A stretch of DNA of 64,000 nt from Macrostomum lignano. Its lineage: Eukaryota. The position numbers and the translations under genes were made by a program. The notes under the pieces are model-generated. The model saw nothing but the letters and a program-made list of their open reading frames with translations. It had not been told where the DNA came from and did no database searches. Positions within the stretch are counted from its first letter, which is position 1; each line of letters opens with the position of its first letter. The DNA lies in the NCBI GenBank assembly GCA_002269645.1, contig NIVC01000038.1:992001-1056000 (forward strand), written 5' to 3'. This document shows, one piece after another, positions 46,495-59,387 of the stretch.

Positions 46495-47000
46495 TACTTC
46501 ATAAAAAATGAAGTAAGTTGGCCCGAAAATAAAAGTAACCTGTTCTCAACCGTTTCCTCATTGCTGAGAAGCTCTTGGTAGAAACAAACTTGAAGTTTGG
46601 CTAAGAATTATCTCGTTATTTCTTTCTGGAACAGGTAGAACTTGAGGTCGTGGAGACCCAGTATAGGAGTCTGGAATAGGGAGAACTTGAGATTGTGGAG
46701 ACCCAGAATAGGAGCCTAGTAGGGAGAATTAGAGGTAGTGCAGACCCTAAGAAAGCCGTGAGGCTAATAACAGAGATTAGGCGCTAAGAAATTAGGCATT
46801 AGGGGGGGGCTATCGCTGAACACCCTTGATCCCCGGAAAACGCAAGACTTTCGGACTTAGTTAGGAAATTAGACAGTGTCTTACCGCTCGGGCACTAAAC
46901 GCTATCACGAGGCTTCTAAGAAAACCGCGTGAACTAGGAATTTCTAAGAAAGAATCATAGCTTGGGGCAGCCAAAGCTACTTAGAGTAGATAGAAAATTC
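46495..47000 (-). pseudogene. Possible relic of the Gypsy extra-ORF family
   Basis: PQSQVLPIP...PRPQVLPVP repeats and a terminal LFSGQLTSFFMK weakly resembling LIGQLKGYLYR / LIGQLKIYLMR; many TAA/TAG stops. Confidence 0.3.
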
Positions 47001-47617
47001 GGTGACCAATTGGTGGAATTTTAGCTAGGAGCAAATAAGGGCCGTTACAACTTGGTGGCTTTCAGTGGGATCTTTTAGCGAAGAACGATTAAAGCTGTTA
47101 CAATTTCGGTGTTTAAGATGTTGTGAGTAGCATCTTTTCAACAGCGGGGTGTCATTTGTAAGCGAGTTATACAAACGTTAAAAGTACAAAGGTATCTTAC
47201 AACTAGACAACACTAAGTTATCCTAATGGAAATCTTGTTCCATTATCTGATTTGCAAACCATATTCGCATCATGCTATCTTGCGAATTTTAGATTCCTAC
47301 AGGTTTCCTACAGACCGGATAACACACAGTTATCTTGATTGAAATCTTGTATTGTTATCGGATTTTCAAACAAGATTCAAGACATGTTATCTTGTGAAAT
47401 CCAGATAACTCACCAGATAACAGTCAAACCAGATAACACTAAATTACCTGGTGACGAATCTGGTGGTTTCACCAGTTCTGCACCCCTAACAAGAAAATCG
47501 GTAGTTAATATGACAAGATTCAAAAATTATCTTGTGGTGTTATCTGGTTTATTTACCAGAGGGTTGCTAATGCAAAGGCGCCACCAGTCGGCGACACCCG
47601 GAGAAGAGGCTGTCCCT

Positions 47618-48060
47618 CTTCGGCTAGGCGGACGACCTCGCCCTGCTGTGTAGGACGGCCGAAGGCGTCCAACGGCTGCTGGATGGCCTGACTGCGGCGG
47701 CTGCTAAGGCCGGCCTCGTCATCAACGCCAAAAGACCAAGGTGCTGACGATGCCCCATGATCTACCCGCCGTGATTCGACTCATAGACGGCGATGGTTGC
47801 CAGTTCCTTTACTTCGGCGGGCTGGTGCCGGACGTGAGCGACGACCTGGCGAGACGGCGCGGCAAGGTCCCAGCTGTTCCAGGCTGTTGTTGAGACCGCC
47901 CTTCTGTACGATGCTGAAACCTGGACGCTGACCAAGGCGCTCGAGAGGCAGCGAGACGACCGACTCCCTGTACCAGCAAGCGCGCCTGACGCGGCCTTCT
48001 GTCCTGCTGAGCAAGCGACGTCTGCGGCTTGCCGGGCGTGTCATCCGGGCCGACGCCTAT
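47618..48060 (+). mobile_element. Decayed RTE fragment (RT C-terminal half)
   Basis: ADDLALLCRTAEGVQRLLD...GLVINAK, YFGGLVPDV, LLYDAETWTLT; homologous to 22930-23520. Confidence 0.8.
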
Positions 48061-49006
48061 AAGTATTAATATTAATATTATTTTAATTATTATTATCAAG
48101 AAGTCGGTAACAAACATGTACGAAATTTACCAACCGCTAGTAGGAACCAACATTTCAAGAGTGCGGGCCTTATCTGGAATTGGAGGGGATGTATTGAAAA
48201 GAGGACAGCTCAGTTGCTTACTAATCTGGGTTTCACCAATGCGGAGCTCAGATTACTGTCTTAAATGGTTCTCGAGAGTGCAGTTTTTGCGGCAGAAACG
48301 TATCATAGGAGGAAGGGGCATGATAAACCTCAATCTTTCCAAAGGTCTTCTGGTGGGCAGGGTCTACATAGTTCTTGAGGTTATGTCCAGCTGAAATTTA
48401 AAACTTTTAATTTTAAACTAGGTGTTAAGCCATAATTTTAGCTCTAACCTAGCTAGCATTAAGCTATTCTCTACGCTTTAACATGTACCTTAACCTAATT
48501 ATTTGCCTCTAACCTACTTATAATTTAACATACTTCTTTGGACTTTAACGTGATTAACGATTTGTCACTTTTCTGCTGCACCACGGACTGGCCTATCGGC
48601 CTGTATGGCGGGGTCTCGCGCCTCCCTGCCTTGACCGCGGTTGCTCGCACTCTCTCGGGTTTGCCAGTTTCAATGCCTGAAAACCGGGCGGACTATTCCG
48701 GGCGCTTGTCTGGTGTTGCTGTTGGACGCCCGGGTGGCAGCCGGGATCGTGGCCTGGCGTGTGCTGGTGGTCAGTCCTTTTTGCTCTTTCTTCTTCTGCC
48801 TTCGTTCTTGCAGACTTACACCTAATTTACTTTGTTTTACGCATCCCGTCTGCGACGCGCTCTGAGCCGGTTCCTAATATAATGCGCTTTTTCTTTCCTC
48901 TGCTCTCTTTATATTTGTGCTGCTCCTTTCATTGGTTGTTGATGCTTTTCTTCACCTGTTTATTTAGTTTATGTTTGGATTTTTTATATATTTTTAGAAA
49001 GAGCAA

Positions 49007-49272
49007 CTGGCGGGCCACGTGATCCGGGCCGAGGGCTACTGCCCCCAACCCGTTCAGGACGTCCTGCTGCTCCCCTTGCAGGGCCCGTTCAGGCGGGGTC
49101 AGGCCCGAACCCGTCGATACGTGGACTGCCTGCTGTGCGACGCTGGGGCGCCCGACATTGCCAACGGAGCGGATTTCGTTCGCTCCCAGGCTCTGCGGCA
49201 CGCCATCTGACGCGCCCTGCTCTAACTGACTTTGCTTGCGGGGCCGCGTATTTTGTTGTTGTTGTTGTTGTT
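49007..49272 (+). mobile_element. 5'-truncated RTE 3' end with (TGT)n tail
   Basis: QLAGHVIRAEGYCPQPVQDVLLLPLQGPFRRGQARTRRYVDCLL...RHAI*; homolog of 23487-23739. Confidence 0.9.
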
Positions 49273-49419
49273 GTTTTTATGCTTCTTTAGTTTTATAAAC
49301 CACATTTCAGTAAAATTGTCACGGACAAATATGTTTGCTAAGAATCTCTTTTTTAGTAGTGACAAAAATACAAAAAAAAGATTTCACATATAGATAAGAC
49401 GCATTTGCCTAAATAGAAT

Positions 49420-52400
49420 GTATCTCCCAGACCGCAAGCAATAACATCCCCCCAAGTAGCAAGCACCTCCCCCGTCTGACTCTCTTAGACGGGCCGCTTG
49501 ATGGTGGTGTGTTAAACTGAGAGGCAAACCTGAGTGTGGCGCTGGCAGACCAGTCAGCTGTTACTTGGTGGTCGTGTAGGTAAGGCCCCAGCCACCTCAG
49601 GATGGTGAAACTATGCTATGTTGAGGCAGAAGCATGGTCGAAGCCTGGATGACTGTTCAGTAATGGCGGCTGGATGCCGGGGGGCTCCAGTTCGAAAAAT
49701 GGCTCCATTACCGGGGAAACCTGGTAGAGGTTGAACATTACTGATCAGGATACTAGGCTAAATCTCTGCTTCTAGTGTGGATGATTGTGAGGATTGTTCT
49801 GCCTTCGGATTGGGTGGCCCCCCGCACCTGGTTCGGTCTGGTGGTTCGATTCTCACCGGAGGGGACCTCGCTCCTTGGGTGCGCCCTTGGGTCGGGAGAA
49901 CCTTCATGTTCGGATTGAAACACGGACCAGGATAGGGCCTGCACGCGCTATGGTTGGGTGCGGCTCGAACTTTAACATACTTTTATCTAGCTGGTCTCCG
50001 CTCAGGCGGGTCCGGGTTTCGATTCGGATGTTGATGATCGCAGGAGGGTAAAGGTGTGAAGGTGGATCTGGCTTGCTGGTGAAGCTGTAGCACTCACCCG
50101 TCTGACAGTGTTGGTGCCTCCAAGTGGCCTAAGTCGGGCAACGGTGCGTTCGAGTGCGATGTATATTAGAATTTCCAATTTTTTTTGTATATTAATTTTT
50201 TACACTATGTTAACCTTTTAATTTTAACTCTAATTTCTGTTAATTATTACCTTTTATATTTCTCATTACTGTTATTATTACTTACATAGTATTCGGGCGT
50301 ACTGGCTAAATCCCTCTGTCTAATCAGCTAGTTCCACATGCTCCGAAGACTACTAAGAAAAATTCGAACTCGGCCAAAGCCGAGTCGCAGGGTGACACCT
50401 GCACCTCCCCGAAAGGGGGTCAGGGTGCCAGTTGGAGCTGTTCGGATTGTGAGAGTGTTTTCCACCAAGACCGGGCTTGGAGTCCACCGTAGGGCTCGGC
50501 ACCAGAGTAGTTTCCTTCAGCAATGTGAGGAAGTTGAGAAGCAGAGTAAGAGAAGATGGACGGATGAGGAGAGGCATATCCTAGCAAGAGCTGAGGCAGG
50601 GTTTAGCGAGCTGAGGCAGGAATTAACGACTTACTAGTAGCTGCAAATATTCTTCCGGGTAGGACTAAGGAGAGTATTAAAGGGGCCAGAAAGGCGGCAG
50701 CGTATAAGCTTTTGGTTGAAAAGTTTAGAGAGAATCGTAGTTCTGAGTTTGAGGGCCGGGATGGCAGTGCTGAGACTAGGGACGTGGAGGGGAGCTCAGC
50801 AAGTAAGAATAGTTGTGAAAGTGAGAGTAGCATCGAGAGTGAGTCTAATCCTAACTACAAAACCCAAAAAACTAATATAAAGTGCAGGAAAAAACAAAAA
50901 AGATGATACAGTAGTTATTGCAGGCTCGTCCTCCTCCATGGGGTCCGGGGCTTGCTCTTTAAGGTTGGCAGGTATCCCGGAGGTGGAGTCCGAGGGGTTG
51001 AGTAAAGCTGAGGAAGAAGCTCGTAGAGGTATTAATAGAAAAGCGATTAAGTGGGTTCTAGAGATTGGGTCGGTGAATGGCTTTGAGAAGCAGTGTAGCG
51101 AGATTGGAACAGTAATTGTTGAGGAAAGATGGGCTGAGTGTAGTGAGCTTATTGAGGCATGTTTTCTGAGTTATAGTGAGGAGAAGAGCAGCGCCAAGAG
51201 ACCAGTTAGAAAGAAGGCAGTTAAGAGAGAGCTTAAAAACAGAGAGAAGCGTAGAAGAGCTTACGGTGAGATGCAGCGAATTTATAGTAAGGATAGGAAG
51301 AAAGCAGCAGCTGCGGTGTTTAGTGGCGCGTGGAGACTGTGGAGTGAGCCTAGAGAGGAGAATAGACAGTTTAAAGAGCGCAAGATGGAGTACTGGAATG
51401 GTGTTTTCAGTAGGGAGTCTGACCCGGATGGCCGTCCGGTCAAGCCTCTGCGTGAGCCAGTTGAAGAGATTGAAGAGCCGGTTAGTTTAGCTGAGTGCAA
51501 GAAAGCGCTGAGAGATCTTAAGCAGACAGCTTCGGGGCCAGATGGCGTTAGTTGGAGCAGTGTGAAGGGCATGGGTCCAGGTTGGCTTCAGTACCTTTTT
51601 AATTCCATCTTGGCGTGCGGGTATCCAACAAAATCTTTTAAAAATTCTCGCACCGTGCTGATTCCTAAAACCGAGAAACCTAGTGACCCGGGTGAGTTTA
51701 GGCCTTTGGCGATAGCTAGTGTCTTTGGCAGAGTCTTTCATAGAATTTTAGCTAGTAGATTGGGAGTCTGGGCACCGTTAGGGGAAAGTCAGAGAGCGTT
51801 TCAGGTGGGTATTGATGGGGTGTCGATGAACCATCTCATCTTGGAGGCGGCTCTAGCGGCGGCTAGGAGGGGAGACAGTGAGCTTTATTTAGCTTGGTTA
51901 GATCTTAGTAAGGCCTTCGATTCGGTGAACCATCAATCTTTGCTTCGTGCAGCTCGTCGTGCAGGCTTGCCTGAGTCCACCTTGGGCTACTTGGGTAACT
52001 TGTATGACGGGGCGGTAACCGATGTTAACGGGGTTGAAATTAAGATTAGCAAGGGGGTTAAGCAGGGGGATCCTCTATCACCTATTTTATTCTGCTGTGA
52101 TAGATGAGCTAATTGACAATCTAGATAGTGGTATTGGGTTCCCGTTAGCTGGGAATAGAGTCAACGCGGCAGCCTTTGCCGACGACTTGGCTCTCCTGTC
52201 TAGGTCTAAAGCCGGATTGCAAGCACTCTTGGCTAGCTTGGCTGACTCGCTTCTCCCTACTGGGCTTGAGGTGAACCCGGCTAAGTGTTCCACGCTTGCT
52301 ATCATTTGGGACGGTAAGAATAAGCGATGGCTTCATGATGCCAAGGAGCAATTCAAGTTTAGGGGGTCTACTCTGCCGGCACTTGGGGTTGAAGAGTCGT

Positions 52401-53876
52401 ATAAGTATTTGGGCTTGCAGTATGGGTCGAAGGGTAAGCTGAAAACTGGGCTGGAACTGCTTAAAGGTATGCTCAGGGAGTTAAAACCGCAGCAGCGGGT
52501 GTACCTGCTCAGAAGCAATGTCCTACCTAAGATAATATATTATTTAATTAACGGGCGCGTTCACCAGTATACTCTTCGAGAGTGTGACAAGTGTGTTGGC
52601 CGCTTCATTAGGGAGGTTCTCCATCTGCCGCACGACACTCCGGTGTCTGCCTTTCTTGCGTGTGCGAAGGATGGAGGCCTCGACATCGATTGTTTTGAGT
52701 CGCTTGTACCAATGTATAAATGGCAGAAGCTGGTGAGCCTCGAAGAGGTTCTGGACACGTTGGTCCGTGACTTGTCTCAGCTTCCTGCCATCCGCAAGCG
52801 GTTTCAACTCCAAGGTGCGCAGACTAAATTTAAGGACAGAGCTGCATATTGTATGTTCAGGAAAAACAAGTTTTTGGACAATTTAGACGGTTTTGGATTA
52901 GGTGAAGCAGCGGACGTTCCTCAAGTCCACTCTTGGGTGACGGACGGTTCGTCCCTGCTCACAGGTGAAATGTACATTAAATGCCTCAAGATCAGGTGGA
53001 ATGTTTGGCCGACTGCAGCTCGTGCGTCCAGAGGCAGAAGGCAGACACCTCTGTGTGACGCGGGTTGTAGGCAAATTGAAGGGTTGGGACATATTCTGCA
53101 GCAGTGCAATAGGACTTGGGATAAGAGAGGAGCTAGGCATGATAGAATGGTTGAGTTCGTGGGGAATCAGTTAGAGAGGTTAGGGTATAGTGTGCTTAAG
53201 GAAAAATCATTTGCGACTCCTAGGGGGCATAGACGGCCTGACTTAATTATATTTAACAAGGAAAGAGTCTGGATTGCGGACGTGACGATCTGTGCGGACA
53301 GAGGAACGGGGCCTATGGCTCTCGCGAGGGATAACAAAGTCAAGTACTATACCGATGAGGGGCTATCGACAGAGGTCGCGAAAGAGGCGGGCTCAGGTGC
53401 CTAGAGTGTCATTGGCTTGGTGTGGAACTGGAGGGGTTGCTGCGAGAAAAGGACCGATGATTGGCTGAAGAGGATGGGCGTGCCGATCGAGTCTAGGAGG
53501 CTGGCTTCGGTCAGAGTGCTTGAGAGCTCGGTCTGGTGCGCGGTGTTTCGCAAGAGAACGGGAATCAATTTCGCGCAGGTCAGTGGTCGCAATCGGAGTG
53601 TGTGATAAGTGCGTTGGTGGCTCGGGCGTTCGGTGACGTCCGGACCAGTTTTAGGCATCCGCCCGGCAGTCCCGGCTGGTCCTATGTTTATGACGCTGCT
53701 CTATATAAAGAGTTGGCTGACTTGACCACCTGGACGGGGGGTTGTACCGGTTTTCCAGCGGTTTCCACGCCATAAAACCAGCGAATATGCTACCTACCCG
53801 GATGATGGGCCAGTATAGGCTCGGGCAGTAGCCCAATGTTTCTTCGCGAAACCTTCCGGGACAGCACTTCAAAAAA
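49420..53876 (+). mobile_element. R2-clade (RLE-type) non-LTR retrotransposon, decayed, not in rDNA
   Basis: One C2H2 finger plus Myb, RT, CCHC and PD-D/ExK endonuclease; ends in A6 at 53871-53876; the flanks are not 28S. Confidence 0.85.
50420..53620 (+). pseudogene. R2 ORF with several frameshifts
   Basis: CSDC/VFSTKTGLGVHRRARH; KRRWTDEERHILARAEA; ASGPDG; RTVLIPK; WLDLSKAFDSV; GVKQGDPLSPILF; AFADDLALL; CDAGC...LGHILQQC; RHD; RPDLII...DVTI...KVKYY. Confidence 0.88.
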
Positions 53877-55372
53877 GCAAGTATCGCCCAGATAGAAAGC
53901 AACTAGGATTTGCCAAGCTGCATCAGTAGCCTGAAACCTGAATTTCAACAGATCTTTAGTTTAGATTGAGCTAGTCGGCGCATTGTGCAGAAAAACCGTG
54001 TTTCTATCTCAAAGAGCTTTCAAGATATTCAGAGGCGGCGATTCCGCCAATTCTAATATATGGAATGTTTTGTTCTTTTGTTTGTTCTTATTGGTTGAAG
54101 CGGGGCCAAATAGGAGGGCACAAACAGCCTCCACCACCAAACCGCAACAGAGAGAGAATGACACAGTGGAGTGACAGTTGACAATCAAAAGGCTTGTATA
54201 AATGTAATCTCCATACAGTAATATTTTTCCTATATTTCCTACCCTTCTAACCAATTACATATTTAAGTCTGTCTTTCAAAGCAATATAAACCACTTCCTT
54301 ATTTTTGCAAGGGTGCTTTCATGATCTACTTAGTGCAGTATAGAGCATTCATTCATTCATTCTGTAAAATTAAATTTCTCATTCTCACTTCTAAAATGAG
54401 TACCGGTACTGGTCCTCGTCGTTCGTCACACCAACCAGTAACATGGTTGCTTGCTTTGTTTAGTGATTGACTAGTGGACCATGTTGAATGGCAACAAAAG
54501 CACCCGCCATCCTTCGGTGATCGAGTTGAGATATCTTTCTTTTAAAAGGACGAACTTGTGGAGATTCTTGGCGTTTCGGGTAAATGCATCGAATTTTTTG
54601 GTTGGGGGGGGGGCAGTGTAGAGAAATATTTATTCGACTTCCTCGTCCCCTTTATTATTTCAATAGATGATTGAAGTAACATCCGACAACTCGACTATGA
54701 TTTTGCCAAATCAACTCGTTCGCATGCAATCGAGGTCGAGCGAAAACGACCAAAAGAGGAAGGTGCAGAGTCCAGAGGAAGATTTTTAAATATTAAAACC
54801 AATTATGTGTCTATCAGGGGAGTACAAACATCAGCTAAATCCAGTACAGTAGCTGGCGCATCAACTGATAGCTGCACAGCAGCTGGCACCAGCGCATCAG
54901 GGGACAACAGCACAAGCATGCAGCGGTACAGCAGCTGGCAGCATCTCAGCAGCTGGCAGGAAGCGGAAGTCGCAGGGTCCGGCACCAGCAACTAGTACTG
55001 TAGCAAAAAGACTGCTTCAGAAGTCTGTAGATAAGGTAAATTCGACTGCCACTATCCTAAGGCGCATGGAACCTAATCTACAGCAGCAGCAGTAGCAAGA
55101 CGAGACGGCTGGGCTGCCCTTGCAGAGTCAGCTCGCAGGTTGCAGACGCACTGAACCCAACGCACAGACAGCGATGTTGACCGGCGCGACAGGCTGCTAC
55201 CGAATCCGCGGAGACTCCGTTTGTGATCCGGTTGAACTTAGAACAATTCTAAGGAATTTGGTAAAAAGGGAAATAGAAAAGGGGAATAAAATTAGAATGC
55301 ACAGAGGAGTCTTGCCTTTAAAATCACTATTAGGAGTCTTGCCCAGAGCACATAGGGAGAATAGGGAATTAA

Positions 55373-55628
55373 TGTAACAAACCAACTTTTGTACAAGTAA
55401 CATTCTTTTCTTTTATTAAACTTGTGTTAACTAAACCTTATCGGTGTCCTGACTCAATTTTTAAAATCTAAAAGCTAGAATTAGAGAATAGCAGGAACCT
55501 GGTGGCAGCGAACTAACAAAATCTCAAACCAGTAAATATCCAGAAAATCCACTAAGCATTAACTAAACTAATTAAATAAACCAGTAGCCTAAACCGCAGG
55601 TACCACGACTTGTCCAATTGGTGGCAGC
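55373..55628 (+). repeat. Putative Gypsy LTR (55373-55616) followed by tRNA-Leu-type PBS TGGTGGCAGC (55619)
   Basis: TGTAAC...GTCCA-AT-TGG; purine tract upstream; shares an end motif with 59054-59387. Confidence 0.5.
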
Positions 55629-56064
55629 TTAGAGGATTAGAATACCCGAGAAGCGCATACATTAGACTGGAGCATAGTAAGGATTAAGTGGATTAGTAAG
55701 GGATTAACGGATTAACTCCTATGTGCTGAAATTAGAACCAAAAATAACACAAATTTACTAATTAGGTTCTAAATTAGAGATCTAATGTACATAGTCAATT
55801 TGTCTAAGATTGTCTAATCTCAGATTAACGGATTAACGGGTTAGGAATGGATTAACGCTCCTAAAAAGAATTTTAACTTAGTTTCTTCACTAGAAGATTA
55901 GTAAGGTATCAATTAAGACCAGAAGTAAGGCGGAAGTAATAAAACTAGAGTCACTGCTGTTTTATTAACTAAAGCCTTACCATTAGGAAATTAGCAGCTA
56001 AATTTGGAGTCTTGCAAATTTAACTGACCAAAATTATTAAACCAGAAGCGTTAATTTTCCTATT

Positions 56065-58050
56065 GTTGAGCCATTCTCACGCCTTCACATTGATTTGATA
56101 GGTCCAATTAGTCAGACAAGCAAATCTGGTAACAAATATGTCTTGTCAGTTATTGACAGCACTAGCAAATTTCCATTTGCGTTCGCAATTAAAAATCAGA
56201 AGGCTAAGACAGTAATTAAAATTCTGCAGGAGCGAGTTTTCGCAGATTTTGGAATATCTCAGTGGATTCACACAGATCAGGGAACACAATTTACAGGGAG
56301 AGCATTTAGGGAATTTCTAGACCTCTATGGTATTAGGCACACTAGGACAACAAGCTATCATCCACAAAGCAATGGGCTAGTAGAGAATTTAAACAAACAA
56401 ATTAAATCAATTCTTACCTGTTTGCTTGAGAAAGAACATGCGAACTGGGATGTTCTGTTGCCCGGTTGTATAACCGCATTACGCACCAGTACGCACACAG
56501 CTACAGGTTTCAGCCCGCATTATCTTGTGTTTGGAAGAGAGGCCCGGATGCCGAGTGACGTGTTCCAGCAGCCAAAGGCGTTCGCCGATCTGCCTGCTTA
56601 TGTTCAAGAGCATTTGACTCACCTGCAAGAGGGGCAAGAACTCGCCAAACAGCGGCTCAAATTAATACAAACGTAAGCGTGAGCAGCACTATTCTAACAA
56701 ACCAAAACAACCAGACTTAACTATAGGAAGCTTAGTTTTCATTAACAACCCAGTCATCGCACAGACAGAAGCCAACAAGTTCCACAGGAAAAGAAGAGCA
56801 GTCTACGAGGTCATAGAACAGTTATCAGAAGTAGTTTACAAGATTAGATTACAAAACAAAAGTACTAAGGCTAGAAAAGAGGAATTAGTCATGCATAGAG
56901 ACAATCTACTACCAGTACCAACAGCTGATTACGTCAGTAAAGAAGAAAAGCCAGAAAGCAGTTGTGCCAGGCGACCGAAACTTCGAGAAAATGTACCGCT
57001 TAATCCAATGTACTACACAGCCGATAGTGAGAGTGAGCAAGAAGAAGAAGTGCAGTTTGTGCCAGTGCAGAATCAGAATAATGTTCCAGTGCCAGTGCAG
57101 GTTATGCCAGTGCAAGTTATGCCAGTACAAGAAGATAATCTACCAGTGCAAAATAATAATGAGCAGCCAGCAGGCGAAACTAGACCAGTTAGATATAGAC
57201 GGGAGCCGAGTAGATTAGTGATAAACCCAGGTCAGAAGAGTTATGTACAGAGAGTAAAGGAGTTGTTTAACCCTTACCTACCTTCTAGGAAAAGAAGAAG
57301 AAGTGATACTGACGAGAACGAGCCACCGAAGGTACGCTCGGTAAGGGTGGTAGAGACGGCTGATGAGCCAGAAAGGAACCATCTACGAGAAGAACCGAAG
57401 GAAGAAGAAGGCGAAGGCCGGTTGGTAGTGGATTTAGGAGAAGTCGACCTGGAGGAAGCGACCCGAAGACGGGAAGAAGAGTTGAAGAGGGAACAGGAAG
57501 AATTTATGGAGGCCTTGTTAGGAGTGGAGCTACCAGAGATTGAGAAAATACCCAGCCCCGTTGCCGAAGCTCGAACACCGGAGGCACCGTCACAGGAGCA
57601 GGAACCAGCACCCGCTGCCGAGGAGACTCTGCTGAACGTCGCTCTTCCAAGAAGCTCTTCCAAGAAGAGTCACCGCAGTTGGAGCAGGCTGAAGAGCTGC
57701 CCGGCACGAGCGCCAAAGAATTTAGGAGAAAAACGAAGGCGATTGAAAAGTGGCTACTGCGCACCGCAGAATCCGGCGTTTATGACCCTGCGGTACCGCC
57801 GGAGTGCTACCGATTCCTGGCCAGGGCCACAGCTGCGCAAAGGATCCAAAGCTTCGAGATTGCATGCACGTATGCCCTGCAGTACGCAGAGGAAAGAGCA
57901 AGAGGGCCGATCTCCCCCTATCAGGTGAGTAACCATCTTATTGCTCTAACGGACCTATTCGACCCAGAGCAACGAAGAATGCCGGCAGCTAGGCTACTTT
58001 ATCAATGTACACAGAGGGCACCGACTTGTCGACCTTTAGGACAGCTTTAA
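56065..58050 (+). pseudogene. Gypsy integrase relic plus downstream extra ORF (frameshifted)
   Basis: HIDLIGP...[10 protein letters not shown]...[10 protein letters not shown]...[13 protein letters not shown], a close relative of the 24.5-kb integrase; the tail continues into an acidic, Glu-rich ORF. Confidence 0.8.
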
Positions 58051-59053
58051 TAACTGAAATAATAACCAGGGATTAACACTTTCGTTTTATTAATAGCTTT
58101 AACTATTATTTTGATGTTGTTGCATTTTTACACAGTGCCACGAGCCTATTTATATTTTATTATTATTTTTTAATTCGATGCACCGCTCGATGCACCGCTT
58201 CGATGCACTGTCTCTCACTCCCGTAGGGTTCGGATCGGTATATATACCCCCGAAAAATCAGCTAGGAGGTTTTGGAGCCTTCGTTTTCGTAAGGCTACTT
58301 TTAGTAACAGTATTTGAATATGCACTATATTGTGCACACAGTTTGGGATAAAATTAATTATTCAAAACAGGACACAATCCAAACAGACTTGTTTTTAATC
58401 AAAACTCTTATTATCATAAATTAACACTTATCTCTGTGATTCATTGCATTGTATAAAGCTTTTATTTACTCAAATATTTTCTGTTTTAGTTTTATCCTCA
58501 CAAATATTGTTTTATCTCACCTGCTTTTAGTTTTAATTTTCAATTGATCCTTAGGACTATTTAATTCATTTGTTTTAATACTGTATCGAATTGTTTTACT
58601 CTCTAAAATCGAAAAAGAATACTTCGTATCTCCAAACTCGGACTACAAAAATACAAAATTTCGCAAGAGCCCTTTAAAGGGCTGAGGCGCAGGGTAAATA
58701 ATTTTATGAGCCCCTACCTAAAGTAAAAGTAAGTCGAGAAAAGCATCCGTTCAGGACAGTCCATCGGGACAACGTTTAGAGACCAATTCTCAATTAAAAG
58801 CTAACATAAAATGGAGTACCCCCTTGTGTAAAAGCAGAAATAAAACTCGCTAAAATATATAGGAAATTAAGGGTAAGTCCAGGGTAACATAGGGAGGCTA
58901 AAAGGAGTCTACCATTTAGTCCAAACGGAGTCTACCGAGGATAGGAATATTAGTATAGACAATTCGGTGAAATAAGGAAAGACTAAAGGAGTCTACCATT
59001 AGTCTAATTAAGAACCGGAGTCTACCGAATTATTAACATAGGAAATTAGTAAG

Positions 59054-59387
59054 TGTAACTTCACTTTGCATATTTGGTTTTAATAATATCATTTCTTTTA
59101 TCTGTTTGCTCTAACAACCTTACACGAAATTGACTCTTGTCTCATTTATTTTAATTTAAAACATTAAGTATAAGGGACATTAGTCTGGTGGCAGCAACCT
59201 ACTAAGTAAAGTACATAATAGCGAAAGTAATAAAGCAAGTAGCCTAGACCACAGGAACTACTTATCCCATTAACAGTGAATAGAAAACCTTCCGAATTAG
59301 TCCGAGCCTGGAGTCTCCCAAGCTCGGAAATAACCAAAATACAATAAAACCAGTAGCTTAACCGCGAGGTAACCACGCCCGATACCA
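59054..59387 (+). repeat. Putative diverged LTR related to 55373-55616
   Basis: TGTAAC start, internal TGGTGGCAGC (59186), shared AAACCAGTAGC.TAACCGC.AGGTA.CCACG, ends CA. Confidence 0.45.

Noticed and set aside
46495-47000. Contaminant using a TAR=Gln genetic code
   Set aside because: Neighbouring elements use TAA/TAG as normal stops and the segment is contiguous with standard-code repeats; mutational decay is more parsimonious.
47220-47575. GATA/GATAAC-rich stretch as a MITE or enhancer
   Set aside because: No clear TIR pair or TSD could be defined by eye.
49470-49930. Genuine 28S rRNA gene
   Set aside because: Only short motifs match, the spacing is altered, one motif is out of order, and there is no continuous rDNA; treated as part of the R2 leader.
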